Source of the DNA: Vulcanimicrobiota bacterium
GTDB taxonomy: Bacteria > Vulcanimicrobiota > Vulcanimicrobiia > Vulcanimicrobiales > Vulcanimicrobiaceae
Assembly: GCA_963812155.1 (NCBI GenBank)
Contig: CAWETW010000001.1
Location: 416,001 to 480,000 of the forward strand
Direction of reading: 5' to 3'
DNA: 64,000 bases
The position numbers and the translations under genes are program-made. The notes below the pieces were generated by a model. That model was not told where the DNA came from. It saw nothing but the letters and a program-made list of their open reading frames with translations, and made no database searches. Of the stretch, positions 1-9,707 are shown in pieces. Positions within the stretch are counted from its first letter, which is position 1. Every line of letters begins with the position of its first letter.

Positions 1-1922
1 GCGCCGTACGAGGCCGCGCGCAGATCCGCGTCGACGTCGCCTTCACCGGTGCCTCCGCGCAGCGCCTGCAACACGGCGTAGAGCGACGGCGCGCTTTGTT
101 CTAGGCGCGTGCGCAGCGCATGTTCGAGCGTTGCAGCCTGCGACGAACGCGTGAACGCTCCGTTCCAGCCGCTTAGCGTCCGGGCAACCTTCGAGACCGC
201 CGGATCCGTGCCGTCGCGCAAGAGCCCGAGCCGCGCGAGACGCGCGAACTCCGCGTCGACCGGAGAAATCGTATCCAACTGCATGCGGGCGAAATAGGCG
301 GCATCGTAACGGCTGCGCGCGCGCAGTAATTGGGCGATGCGATACGCGCGGTACGGCGGATCGAACGCCGGCGCCAGCCGGTATGGGTAGCGGTCGCCGT
401 ACATCCGGTTGTTGGCGCTCACGACGATCGCGTCGCCCGACGGCGCCAATGCGGGAAGCCGCGCGAACGCAACCGAGGGATAGTGCACGCGCGCGTCGCC
501 TGCCGCATGCACGTAGCGCCCCCACGCCGCATCGAGCGGCACGTTGCCGGCCATGTGATAGGCGACGCTTCCGTGCGTGTCGGCGAGGACGAAATTTTCC
601 GCCGTAGCGCGGTAGGTGCGCAGAACCCGCGTCGCAGACGCAATGCCCGGCGCCCGGTCGAGCGCCAAAAACGCCGACACCGCCGACGCGCCTTCGAAGA
701 ACGGCGGCCAGCGCACGAGGACGATCCGGCCGCCGTCGTACGCGTCGGGCACGCCGAACTCTCGCGGCGTGCGGTAGTACGCGCGCTTGACGTCTTTCGA
801 AAAGCGGACGTGGAACGTTTCGCGCACCCAGAAACGCGCGTCGAGCGAGCGCGTGCGAAACAACGTCATCGCCGACGTATCGGCATTGGTTGCGCCCCAG
901 GCAATGCGTTCGTTGTGGCCGAGCAGCACGCCCGGCGCTCCCGGGATCGACGCACCCGCGACGTGAATGCCGGGCGCGCGCAAATCTTCGACGTACCACA
1001 GACCCGGGATCGTCAAATCGAGGTGCGGATCGTTCGCGAGCAGCGCGCGGCCCGATAGCGTGCGTGCGCCGCCCGCCGCCCACGCATTACTTCCGGCTCG
1101 AACCGCAACCGGTGGAGCGTGTAGCGCGAGCGTCCGCAACGTTCGCCGCGCGAGGCGTTCGCCGGCTTCGAAAGATGCGGCATGCAGCGGCCTGCCTCGC
1201 AACGAGACGTCGTACCGGTCGTCGCTCAGCGGGAAATACTCGGTAAAGCCCGCGGCTCCGTAGTGCCGCCATACATCGTCGCGAGCGAGCACGTCGTGCC
1301 ACGAATCGGCCAGCGCGATCGAAACCGCCAGCGACACGGCGAGCGAGTCCTGCGGCGTCCAGGGCCGCGGCCGGTACATCAACAGCCGGAACTCGACCGG
1401 AAGCGGTTGCGAGCGCATCGCCGCGTTGACCCCGTCGCTAAACGCGCACAGCGCCGCGCGATCGTGAGGCGCCATCGTCCGCCACTGACGGACGGCGACG
1501 TCGCGTACATCGTAATAGCGCTGTTCCTCGTCCATCGGCAACGCCCGCGGACCGAGCACCTCGGAAAGCGTGCCGGCGGCATAACGGCGCGTGAGCTCCA
1601 TCTGAAAAAGCCGATCGGAGCCTTCGATGAATCCCTGGGCGAAAAACACGTCGTGTTCGGACGAAGCGACGACGTGGGGCACGTTGCGCTCGTCGCGCGC
1701 GACGAGCACCGCGGCCCGCAACGACGGTTCGGTGATTCGTCCGCTCTCCGTCGCGCGCGCATTGAAGCCGAACGTGACGTTCAGCGCGTACGCCGCCGCC
1801 GATATCGCCACGACGAGCGCAAACGCCAATCCGTCGCGGTACGCGCGCCGCGCGACCGCGTCGAAGGTCGAGACGGGCCGGCAGAGATCGCGTACGAGAT
1901 CCTCTCGCCGGCGCGCCGTCAA
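1..1922 (-). CDS. Penicillin acylase family protein (Ntn-hydrolase), 3' end runs off window
   Basis: Not in ORF track (no stop in window). Manual translation gives RDERNVPHVVASSEHDVFFAQGFIEGSDRLFQMELTRRYAAGTLSEVLG and GSNAWAAGGARTLSGRALLANDPHL (Ser nucleophile codon 1089-1091). TTG start at 1922 tentative. Confidence 0.9.
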   Translation of the reverse strand, partial: MTARRREDLVRDLCRPVSTFDAVARRAYRDGLAFALVVAISAAAYALNVTFGFNARATESGRITEPSLRAAVLVARDERNVPHVVASSEHDVFFAQGFIEGSDRLFQMELTRRYAAGTLSEVLGPRALPMDEEQRYYDVRDVAVRQWRTMAPHDRAALCAFSDGVNAAMRSQPLPVEFRLLMYRPRPWTPQDSLAVSLAVSIALADSWHDVLARDDVWRHYGAAGFTEYFPLSDDRYDVSLRGRPLHAASFEAGERLARRTLRTLALHAPPVAVRAGSNAWAAGGARTLSGRALLANDPHLDLTIPGLWYVEDLRAPGIHVAGASIPGAPGVLLGHNERIAWGATNADTSAMTLFRTRSLDARFWVRETFHVRFSKDVKRAYYRTPREFGVPDAYDGGRIVLVRWPPFFEGASAVSAFLALDRAPGIASATRVLRTYRATAENFVLADTHGSVAYHMAGNVPLDAAWGRYVHAAGDARVHYPSVAFARLPALAPSGDAIVVSANNRMYGDRYPYRLAPAFDPPYRAYRIAQLLRARSRYDAAYFARMQLDTISPVDAEFARLARLGLLRDGTDPAVSKVARTLSGWNGAFTRSSQAATLEHALRTRLEQSAPSLYAVLQALRGGTGEGDVDADLRAASYG

Positions 1923-1947
1923 TGGAAGCCGATGGTCGCTCGTGTCG

Positions 1948-2664
1948 TTAGGTCTTTTCCGCCAAAAGTTGCGAGTAAATTAATCCCGCGATTGCGGCGC
2001 CGACGATCGGTGCGACCCAGAAGAGCCACAGTTGTCCGACCGCCCAACCGCCTTGTGCGAATAGCGCGGGCCCGAGACTGCGCGCCGGATTCACCGACGT
2101 GTTGGTAATCGGAATGCTGACGAGATGGATGAGCGTCAAGCACAGACCAATGGCGAGCCCGGCGAAGCCCGCCGGAGCGCGCTTGTCGGTCGCCCCGAGA
2201 ATGACCGCCAGGAAGAAAAACGTCAGCACTGCCTCTGCAACGAACGCCGACATCAAACTGTAATGGCCGGGGGAGTGGTCGCCGTAGCCGTTGGCGGCAA
2301 AATCGCCGGTGCCGGTGAAGCCGGCGCGGCCCGACATGATGAGGTAGAGCACCGCGGCGGCAGCAATCGCGGCGACGCACTGCACGATGATGTAGGGAAT
2401 CACGTCCTTCGCCTCAAAGCGCCGGCCGAGCCAAAGACCGACCGTTACGGCGGGGTTGAAGTGGCCGCCCGAAATAGGACCGAGCGCATAGACGCCGGTG
2501 AGCACCGTCAATCCGAATGCGAGCGCCACGCCCGCGAAGCCGATACCGAGCTGTACGTTGTTCGCCGATGGAAACGTAGCGGCGAAGATCGCCGCACCGC
2601 AGCCGCCGAAAACGAGCCAAAACGTTCCGAGGAACTCCGCCGCGAGGCGCTTAGCAATGGGCAT
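1948..2664 (-). CDS. aqpZ: Aquaporin Z
   Basis: [24 protein letters not shown] and [13 protein letters not shown] motifs. Confidence 0.95.
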   Translation of the reverse strand: MPIAKRLAAEFLGTFWLVFGGCGAAIFAATFPSANNVQLGIGFAGVALAFGLTVLTGVYALGPISGGHFNPAVTVGLWLGRRFEAKDVIPYIIVQCVAAIAAAAVLYLIMSGRAGFTGTGDFAANGYGDHSPGHYSLMSAFVAEAVLTFFFLAVILGATDKRAPAGFAGLAIGLCLTLIHLVSIPITNTSVNPARSLGPALFAQGGWAVGQLWLFWVAPIVGAAIAGLIYSQLLAEKT

Positions 2665-2705
2665 GTAGGCCCCTCCTTCTGCGGCGATTGTACCGGCTGC
2701 GGCAC

Positions 2706-2742
2706 AAAAAAGGAACCGCCCGGCTGCACGAGCCGGGCGGTT
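2706..2742 (-). terminator. Rho-independent terminator
   Basis: Hairpin aaccgcccggct/agccgggcggtt followed by T-tract on minus strand, just downstream of 2767..3141. Confidence 0.8.
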
Positions 2743-2766
2743 TGCTACCCCTTGTTCTCTAGAAGG

Positions 2767-3141
2767 TTACTTAGCGGGAACGGGCTTCGGGCCGACGACC
2801 ATGCCGTTTTGCGACGTCTGAACGCTCGCGGCAGCCTGCTTCACGGTGGCCTCGGCTTGCTTCTGCGTCTCGACGAGCATCTCGGCGAGCTTCAGCGTGT
2901 ACTGCTTGCGAAGTTCGAGCATCTGTGCGGCGAAACCGAAAGACATTTCGACGAACTGCGTCGGCGACGGCATGTTCTCGAAGGTCGGGAGCGTGCCCGG
3001 CTTCTCGGCGAACTCTTTGCCGAAGGCGCGGAACTGATCGAACGCCCGAAGGCTCGCATCCTGACCCTGCTTCATGGCGGCCAGGCTCTCTTGCTGCATC
3101 TTGCTGACGAAGTCTACGACATTGACGGACATGTTTTCCAA
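2767..3141 (-). CDS. Small helical protein, putative phasin-like PHA granule protein
   Basis: 124 aa, Ala/Gln/Lys/Glu-rich amphipathic-looking helices; GAGGAG RBS; own promoter and terminator; near phaC. Start TTG 3141 or ATG 3132. Confidence 0.55.
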   Translation of the reverse strand: MENMSVNVVDFVSKMQQESLAAMKQGQDASLRAFDQFRAFGKEFAEKPGTLPTFENMPSPTQFVEMSFGFAAQMLELRKQYTLKLAEMLVETQKQAEATVKQAAASVQTSQNGMVVGPKPVPAK

Positions 3142-3169
3142 TACTCTCCTCGGTGGGTTGTGAATCGTG

Positions 3170-3204
3170 TGCTAAGTATACCAAGCAGCTGGGGCATATG
3201 TCAA
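3170..3204 (-). promoter_or_regulatory. Sigma70-type promoter with overlapping palindrome
   Basis: Minus strand TTGACA (3204-3199), 18 bp spacer, TGg-TATACT (3180-3175); imperfect palindrome tgctaagtataccaagca (3170-3187) covers the -10. Confidence 0.7.
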
Positions 3205-3224
3205 TCGAGGCAAGGATGCCACTT

Positions 3225-4343
3225 TTATCGCACAGGAGCAAAAACGGCTTGGTGGGCCGCCACGATGCGCGCCTGCGTCGCCGGGTCCACGGCGGTCGAC
3301 CAGTTTCCGGGTTCGAAGGTTCCCCCGAGCACGATGCCGTCCGTACGCGGAAACATATAAATGTTCGAGGCGAGGTACGTGTACTCCACGTCGGGCTGCG
3401 GCTCGAGAATTGAGAGCTGTCCGCGCACCGGCTGAAGGTCGCCGTCGGAAAATAGCGCGCGCGAGCCCAAACCGGTGCAGTTGAAGACGACGGGTTCTTG
3501 CAGCGATGCCACGTCGGCCGGCGTTGCAAACCTGCGCACGACGATGTGGCCGCCGCGCAGCAGAAAGTCGCGCTGGACCGCCGGCAAGAACGTATTCGGT
3601 TCCATCAGCATCGTCGTGAAGCGGCGCACGCTCTTGAATCCGACGAACGGCAGCGTCGCGGGATCGATCGTCTCGACGTCGGCGTAGAGATCGAGGATGC
3701 CGGCTCGTTCGGCATAGTCGAGTTCGCCGCCAGGCGTCTGCGGATCGTGTTTGAGGTCGTAGTTGTCGAGCCAGCGCACGCCGTACAAGGGACCGGCCAT
3801 TAACTGAAAGCGCCGGTTGGCGATGCGTGCCGCGCGGCGAAACGTCTCCATGAACGCCGGCGTCGCGGCGTTACGATCGAACAGCAGCGTCGGCGTCCAT
3901 TGCGCGCCCGCGACGTTCGACGTGGTATCCGGCGGAAGATTCGCCGCATAAATCGTCACTTGCCATCCGCGGTCTTGCAGCACGCGCGCCGTCGTCAGGC
4001 CGACGACGCCGCAGCCCATGACCGCAGCGTGCGAAGGCGATCGATCTTTCACGAAATCGGCCGCAAGTTCGGCACAACCCCACGAGAGGCTGAATCCGCC
4101 TCCTCCGTGCCCGTAGTTGTGCACGAGCACCTTCGACGAAAACCGCTGCGCGCGCAGCACGAACCCCGGTGCGCGAAACGGCCGCAGGCCGGCGATGGTG
4201 CGAATCACGCGATCCAGCTCGACCCGAACGGGGACGACCGGCCGATCCGGGGGTGTCGCGCCCAGTGCCCTCGCCGAGAGACGCGTCGCCGCGATCGCCG
4301 AGATGCTCAGCGTCGATCCGATAAACGCGCCGCGCGAAAGCAC
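3225..4343 (-). CDS. FAD-dependent oxidoreductase, D-amino-acid oxidase family, circularly permuted, Tat-like signal
   Basis: GLRP and HNYGHGGGGFSLSWG motifs precede VMGCGVVGLTTA Rossmann motif; VFNCTGLGSR, PVRGQ, YMFPR. Confidence 0.85.
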   Translation of the reverse strand: MLSRGAFIGSTLSISAIAATRLSARALGATPPDRPVVPVRVELDRVIRTIAGLRPFRAPGFVLRAQRFSSKVLVHNYGHGGGGFSLSWGCAELAADFVKDRSPSHAAVMGCGVVGLTTARVLQDRGWQVTIYAANLPPDTTSNVAGAQWTPTLLFDRNAATPAFMETFRRAARIANRRFQLMAGPLYGVRWLDNYDLKHDPQTPGGELDYAERAGILDLYADVETIDPATLPFVGFKSVRRFTTMLMEPNTFLPAVQRDFLLRGGHIVVRRFATPADVASLQEPVVFNCTGLGSRALFSDGDLQPVRGQLSILEPQPDVEYTYLASNIYMFPRTDGIVLGGTFEPGNWSTAVDPATQARIVAAHQAVFAPVR

Positions 4344-4355
4344 GCTCGTGTCCCG

Positions 4356-4724
4356 TTAGGCCGTGCCGGTGAAGCTGCGATAAATGCGGATCAGTGCTTC
4401 TTTTTGGTCGACCGTCAGACGCGGGTCGAGTTTGATCGCGTTTTCGACGCCGTGCGGACTGTCGCCGCCCGAGGTATCGTCGAGCAAGCCGGCTTGCGCG
4501 TACATCGTTTCGGCGGAGAGATGCAGCGCGTTCGCGATTTGCTTGAGCACGTCGGCCGAAGGCTTATAGAGTCCGCGCTCGACTTGGCTCAAATACGGAT
4601 TGGAGATTTTCGCAATTTCGGCGAGTTGACGCATCGAAAGATTCGCCAGTTCGCGCTGACCGCGAATGAAGTCTCCGAGACTGCGCCAGGAGCTCGCGCC
4701 CCGGTCGTCGTCGGAATCGCTCAC
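4356..4724 (-). CDS. XRE-family HTH regulator (Rv0474/MLDSR-like)
   Basis: LGDFIRGQRELANLSMRQLAEIAKISNPYLSQVERGLYKPSADVLKQIA; GTG start overlaps phaC stop (GTGA). Confidence 0.85.
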   Translation of the reverse strand: MSDSDDDRGASSWRSLGDFIRGQRELANLSMRQLAEIAKISNPYLSQVERGLYKPSADVLKQIANALHLSAETMYAQAGLLDDTSGGDSPHGVENAIKLDPRLTVDQKEALIRIYRSFTGTA

Positions 4725-6478
4725 GCTTTGCGCTTCCGTTCGGGAGGCCGGAACGGCGTGCCGCCTTCGTTGCGAACGTAACCGCCCGGAGCCGGTTCGC
4801 CGTCCGGCAGTGCGTACGGCGCGACCATCTCGCCGCCGTGCGACTGCGCCCACGCCGCCCAGTCTTCCCACCAACTCCCGGGACGGCGTTCGGCCGTTTC
4901 GAGCCACTCTTCGGCGCTCTCGCCGCGCAGCGCCCGCTCCTTCGTGTAGTACAGACTCTTCTTGCCGCCCGGCGGATTGACGATGCCGGCGATGTGGCCC
5001 GAGTTCGAGAGCGTAAACTTCGCCGGGCCGCCGACGTTTTGCGTCGTAAGATAGGTGGCGCGCCACGGTGCGATGTGATCGCTTTCGGCGCCCAACACGT
5101 AGAGCGGCGACGCGATGTTGTTTAAATCGATCGGCGTATCGTCGATCGTGAACGCGTTCGGCTTCACGATAGCGTTGTTGAGATAGCAGGCGCGCAGGTA
5201 TTGCGAATGCATCTCCACCGGCATCCGCGTCGAGTCGCTGTTCCAGGCGAGAATGTCGAACGCGGGCGGCTGCTTGCCCTTGAACCAGCTATTGACCACG
5301 TAGCTCCAGATCAGGTCGTGCGAGCGCATCCAGTCGAACGTCTTTGCCATCTCGGCGGATTCCAAATAGCCGCGCTCGCGCATGCGCCGTTCCAGGCGCA
5401 CGATCGTATCTTCGTCGGTGAAGATGCCGAGATCGCCGGGAAGGCTGAAGTCGATCAGGGTATTGGTGACGGTCGTAGCGTGCACGCGGCCCGATTGGCC
5501 GTGCGCGGCGAGGTATGCAAGCGCGATCAGCGCGAGCGTTCCGCCGAGGCACAGCGCCGCAATGTTGACTTCCTTTGCGCCGGTAATCCCCTGCACCGTG
5601 TCGAGTGCCGCCAGCACGCCGGATCGCAAGTAGTCGTCCATCTTGTAGTGCGACATCGACGCGTCGGGATTGCGGTAACTGATCATGAAGACTTGATGGC
5701 CGTGCTGCACCGCCCATTCGACGAAGGAGCGTCCCGGCGCCAAATCCATGATGTAGTATTTGTTGATCCACGGCGGGCTGCACAGAAGCGGGCGCGCGTG
5801 GACCTTCGTCGTCTGCGGCTCGTACGCGATTAATTCGATTAGGTCGTTGCGCATCACGACGCGCCCGGGCGTCGCGGCGATGTTCTTGCCGAGCTCGAAG
5901 CCCGACTTGTCGACCTGGCGCGGATAGCCGCCGTTGTTCTGGACGTCGTCGAGGAAGTTGCGCATGCCTTGGACGAGGCTCATCCCGCCGCTGTTCATCG
6001 CTTCTTTCAGGACGCCGGGATTGAGCCACGGCACGTTGCTCGGCGCGACGGCGTCGAGCATGAGTTGCATGGCGAAGCGCGCCTTGCGTTTTGTCGCTTC
6101 GGGCAAGCGCGTCGACTCGACGAGCTGCATCGCTGCTTCGCAGCGCACGCGGTAGTCCTCAACGATTCCCGCGAGCATGGGATTTGCCGACCACTCGGGT
6201 TCGCTAAAGCGTTTGTCCGGCGCGGCGTCGCGCTGACCAGCCGATGCGACGGGTTCTTGGCCGCCCAGGCGTCGCATCATGTTCAAACCGACGTTTTGTT
6301 CGGCGAGCGCGAAGCCCGAAAGCCAGGTGCTCATGCGCATCGGATCGGCCATCGCATCCGCCATGACGGCTTTCAGTGCATCGTTGAGCGAGGCGGGATC
6401 CAGCCCGGTGACGTCGATGCCGTAACTCAAGTCGTCGGCGGTCATCTGGAGGGTTGGCGATTCGAAAAGCGCGGTCAC
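4721..6478 (-). CDS. phaC: Polyhydroxyalkanoate synthase (class I/II-like)
   Basis: DKRFSEPEW, ATPGRVV, PPWINKYYIMDL, ISYRNPD, lipase-box variant ALCLGG, DHIAPW, SGHIAGIVNPP; GTG start overlaps phaB stop. Confidence 0.95.
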   Translation of the reverse strand: MTALFESPTLQMTADDLSYGIDVTGLDPASLNDALKAVMADAMADPMRMSTWLSGFALAEQNVGLNMMRRLGGQEPVASAGQRDAAPDKRFSEPEWSANPMLAGIVEDYRVRCEAAMQLVESTRLPEATKRKARFAMQLMLDAVAPSNVPWLNPGVLKEAMNSGGMSLVQGMRNFLDDVQNNGGYPRQVDKSGFELGKNIAATPGRVVMRNDLIELIAYEPQTTKVHARPLLCSPPWINKYYIMDLAPGRSFVEWAVQHGHQVFMISYRNPDASMSHYKMDDYLRSGVLAALDTVQGITGAKEVNIAALCLGGTLALIALAYLAAHGQSGRVHATTVTNTLIDFSLPGDLGIFTDEDTIVRLERRMRERGYLESAEMAKTFDWMRSHDLIWSYVVNSWFKGKQPPAFDILAWNSDSTRMPVEMHSQYLRACYLNNAIVKPNAFTIDDTPIDLNNIASPLYVLGAESDHIAPWRATYLTTQNVGGPAKFTLSNSGHIAGIVNPPGGKKSLYYTKERALRGESAEEWLETAERRPGSWWEDWAAWAQSHGGEMVAPYALPDGEPAPGGYVRNEGGTPFRPPERKRKA

Positions 6479-7230
6479 ATGTACCATCCGCCGTTGACGT
6501 TGTATACGGCGCCGGTGATGTACGCGGAGCGTTCGTCGACGAGAAAGCGCACGAGGTGCGCGACCTCTTCGGGCTGTCCGAGACGGCGCTTCGGCGTCTG
6601 TGAAATCGCGGCTTCGATGGCCGCGCTCGGCATGGCTTTCGTCATCTCGGTATCGATGAAGCCGGGGGCGACCGCGTTGACGGTGATGTGGTTCTTGGCG
6701 ACCTCGAGCGCAACGGTCTTGGTGAGACCGAGGAGCCCCGCCTTCGCTGCCGAGTAGTTCGCCTGGCCGAAGTTGCCGCTCTCGCCGACGACCGAGCTGA
6801 TGTTCACGATCCGGCCGAAGTCCTGTGCGATCATCGTTTCGATGACCGCCTTGGTCATAAAAAACGGTCCCGAAAGATTTACTTGCAGAACCGCTTGCCA
6901 TTCCTCGACCGTCATTTTGCGGACGGTGTGATCGCGCGTGATGCCGGCGTTGTTGATGAGGTAGTCGATGCGTCCGTGTTCCTCGACGATGCCTTCGACG
7001 ACGCGCCGGCAGTCGGCGTAGATGCCGACGTCCCCCTCGTAAAAGTGAATCCGGGAGGCACTCCCGTTGAGGCGAATGCGGAGTTTCTCGGTGCGTTCCC
7101 GGTCGACCGGAAGCCCCAAGATGGCGACGGTTGCTCCGTCCTGGGCAAGGAGGCGGCTGATCGCCCCTCCGATGCCACCGGCGCCTCCGGTGACGAGTGC
7201 GACTCTTTTTTCAAGCGGTAGACTGCTCAC
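6475..7230 (-). CDS. phaB: Acetoacetyl-CoA reductase (SDR)
   Basis: TGGAGGIG, NNAGITRD, GQANYSAAK, PGFIDTEM, YNVNGGWYM; coupled to phaC. Confidence 0.85.
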   Translation of the reverse strand: MSSLPLEKRVALVTGGAGGIGGAISRLLAQDGATVAILGLPVDRERTEKLRIRLNGSASRIHFYEGDVGIYADCRRVVEGIVEEHGRIDYLINNAGITRDHTVRKMTVEEWQAVLQVNLSGPFFMTKAVIETMIAQDFGRIVNISSVVGESGNFGQANYSAAKAGLLGLTKTVALEVAKNHITVNAVAPGFIDTEMTKAMPSAAIEAAISQTPKRRLGQPEEVAHLVRFLVDERSAYITGAVYNVNGGWYM

Positions 7231-7231
7231 G

Positions 7232-7249
7232 CGCTAGATTTACGCAGCA
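7232..7249. promoter_or_regulatory. Putative operator shared with phasin-like gene promoter
   Basis: cgctagatttacgcagca matches tgctaagtataccaagca (3170-3187) at 12/18 positions; directly upstream of phaB start. Confidence 0.4.
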
Positions 7250-7280
7250 CTTCCTCAGGTTACCTTTTCCGCGAGAGCCG

Positions 7281-8150
7281 CTACTTCCAGACGCCTTGGA
7301 TGACGGGTGTGCGGCACGCGCGAGCGGTGCAGGCCGCTCCCAGAGCCTCTTCGATCGTGTGAAGCACCGAATAATGCGTGACGGCCTGCGAATACGAGCC
7401 GGGAACGACCGCCGGCCCGATCAGCAGGGTCGCGACGTGATTGGTGCCGCTGCGGTCGGGATCGGCCTCGTCCCAGGTAAGGATCAACAGACCGTCATGC
7501 GTGGCGTTGTATTCCAGCACCGCGGGAAGATGTGCCCTGAGCCAGTTGTCGCCGGTTCGCGTGCTGCAATCGTGCATGTCGTTGCAGAGGTTCGGCGCGA
7601 TGATTGCGAGCTGCGGCGGCGACGCTGGAAAGCCGTCATAAACGAGATTCGAAGACGCCGGGACGCCGCTGAAGTCGACCCACGGGTTGTGCTTGCGCGC
7701 GTACTTCCCGGAGAAGCAAGCGGTAGAGCCGCTGCCCGGCATCGACTCGGAGTACCCGGCGAAGCTTTTTCCCGCCGCAAGCAGCGCGGCGCCCACGTTC
7801 GTGCTCGAAAACGTGTGGGGACAGGAATCATCGATCACGCCCTGGGTCGAGCCGGAAAAGAGCGCAAGATAGTTAGGCAGGCTGGGATGCGTGACCGCAT
7901 GACTGTTGGTCATCAATGCCGCTTCGGGTACCAGCGTGCCGTTGATATACGGCGCTTGCGGGCTTCCGATGATGAGGCTATAGTCGCGGTTTTCCATGAT
8001 GACGACGACGACGTTGCCCGCATGAGGGCGCGACGCCGCTGCGACCGGCCGCGCAGACGCCGGAACGGCCCCGGCAACCGAGCCCCGCGCCCATCCGGCG
8101 AACGACAGCGCGAAAAATGCCGCGAAGGCGACCACATTCGAACGATTCAC
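7281..8150 (-). CDS. Secreted acid phosphatase / phosphoesterase (SapM-like)
   Basis: Signal peptide; [40 protein letters not shown]. Confidence 0.85.
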   Translation of the reverse strand: MNRSNVVAFAAFFALSFAGWARGSVAGAVPASARPVAAASRPHAGNVVVVIMENRDYSLIIGSPQAPYINGTLVPEAALMTNSHAVTHPSLPNYLALFSGSTQGVIDDSCPHTFSSTNVGAALLAAGKSFAGYSESMPGSGSTACFSGKYARKHNPWVDFSGVPASSNLVYDGFPASPPQLAIIAPNLCNDMHDCSTRTGDNWLRAHLPAVLEYNATHDGLLILTWDEADPDRSGTNHVATLLIGPAVVPGSYSQAVTHYSVLHTIEEALGAACTARACRTPVIQGVWK

Positions 8151-8278
8151 GTACGTCCTCCGTTGCGAAAGTAGCGCATTTTTCTGCGGTGCGATTCCCG
8201 TTCACTGCCGAGGAGCGCGGCTTCGCGTCCCCGAAATTTTGGCAATTCTTCCTTCACATTACGAGGTCCGACCAATTC

Positions 8279-9598
8279 ATGAAAAAATGGCCCGCGTTTC
8301 TAGTTGCGGCCGCGCTGGCGGCGTGCAACGGTATCGTGAGTCCGGCGCCGCAGGGTGCGCCGTACGCAACCCACGCCGCCGGCATCTCCGGCGGAAAAAT
8401 CAAACATGTCGTTTTCATCATTCAAGAGAACCGCAGTTTCGATAATCTCTTTCAAGGCTATCCCGGCGCGAACACCGTCTCGAGCGGTAAGAACTCCAAA
8501 GGCCAGACGATCGAACTGCAGCCGGTGAGTTTGGCGAAACAATACGTCATCGACCACTCGCTGGCCGCCTTCATCTCCGCCTGCGACGGGACGGGCAAAC
8601 TTCTGGGGACGCAATGCCGCGATGACGGATTCGATCAGGAAAGTTCTGTGGGCGGACCGACGAATCCCGAGTACGTTTACGTGCCGCGCAAGGAATCGAA
8701 ACCCTACTGGGACATGGCGCACGAGTGGGTTGTCGGCGACGCGATGCATCAGTCGCATCTCGACGAGAGTTTCGTCTCCCACCAATACGTCATTGCCGGT
8801 CAGGCGCACTCAAGCGTCGATCTCCCCGGCTGGTATTGGGGCTGCGACGGCGGCCGGAGCGACAAGGTCGCCACGATCACCACGGAACGGAAAGTCGGCC
8901 CGGAGCAAACGGCCTGCTTCGACTACAAGACGCTCGGCGACGAACTCGACAGCGCCGGGCTTACCTGGCGTTTCTATACGAGCGACATCCAGGATTTCGG
9001 CGATTACGTCTGGTCCGGGTATCAGGCGGTTCGCCACATTCGCGACGGCCCCGACTGGGGAAAAGACATTATTACGCCGCAAAAGAACTTCATTACCGAC
9101 GTCGCCAAAGGTACGCTCGCAAACGTCACCTGGATCACGCCGACGTGCGAGGAATCCGACCACGTGAACTGCGGCGGGGGCTACGGACCTTCGTGGGTTT
9201 CGGCACTCGTCAACGCCGTTGGTAAGAGTAATTTTTGGGATTCCACCGTGATCTTCGTCATGTGGGATGACTGGGGCGGCCTCTACGACCACGTTGCGCC
9301 GCCGCACGTCGATTACGACGGGCTCGGCTTCCGCGTACCGTTGCTGGTCATTTCACCATACGCGAAAAAAGACTACGTTTCGCACGTGCGCTACGAAACG
9401 GGCAGCCTCTTACGCTTTGCGGAAGATAACTTCGGGCTCGCTCAACTCGCAGCCAGCGATAGGCGTGCGGCCGATCCCGCCGGCGATTGCCTCGATTTCA
9501 CGCAGCTGCCGCGCAAGTTCACTGCGATACAGGCACCCAAACCACCGAGCTTCTTCCTCACCCGCGCGCCCGACACGCGCCCGCCCGACGACGACTGA
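8279..9598 (+). CDS. Phosphoesterase / phospholipase C family lipoprotein
   Basis: Lipobox [45 protein letters not shown]. Confidence 0.9.
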   Translation: MKKWPAFLVAAALAACNGIVSPAPQGAPYATHAAGISGGKIKHVVFIIQENRSFDNLFQGYPGANTVSSGKNSKGQTIELQPVSLAKQYVIDHSLAAFISACDGTGKLLGTQCRDDGFDQESSVGGPTNPEYVYVPRKESKPYWDMAHEWVVGDAMHQSHLDESFVSHQYVIAGQAHSSVDLPGWYWGCDGGRSDKVATITTERKVGPEQTACFDYKTLGDELDSAGLTWRFYTSDIQDFGDYVWSGYQAVRHIRDGPDWGKDIITPQKNFITDVAKGTLANVTWITPTCEESDHVNCGGGYGPSWVSALVNAVGKSNFWDSTVIFVMWDDWGGLYDHVAPPHVDYDGLGFRVPLLVISPYAKKDYVSHVRYETGSLLRFAEDNFGLAQLAASDRRAADPAGDCLDFTQLPRKFTAIQAPKPPSFFLTRAPDTRPPDDD

Positions 9599-9605
9599 AT
9601 CTTAG

Positions 9606-9706
9606 GGAAGCCCCGATTTATCTCAAATCTAGGAAACGAAGGCCGAAGTTTACTATGGTAAACGAGGCTCCGAGTTGACAACGAGTTGAGGTAAATCAGG
9701 GCTTCC
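9606..9706. mobile_element. Putative MITE (101 bp, 21-bp imperfect terminal inverted repeats)
   Basis: ggaagccccgatttatctcaa (9606-9626) vs ttgaggtaaatcagggcttcc (9686-9706), 19/21 complementary; AT-richer interior; no clean target duplication. Confidence 0.5.
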
Positions 9707-9707
9707 A

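Noticed and set aside
6479..6901. N-terminal extension of the 726-aa phaC ORF
   Set aside because: Overlaps phaB in another frame; GTGA-coupled start at 6478 is more plausible
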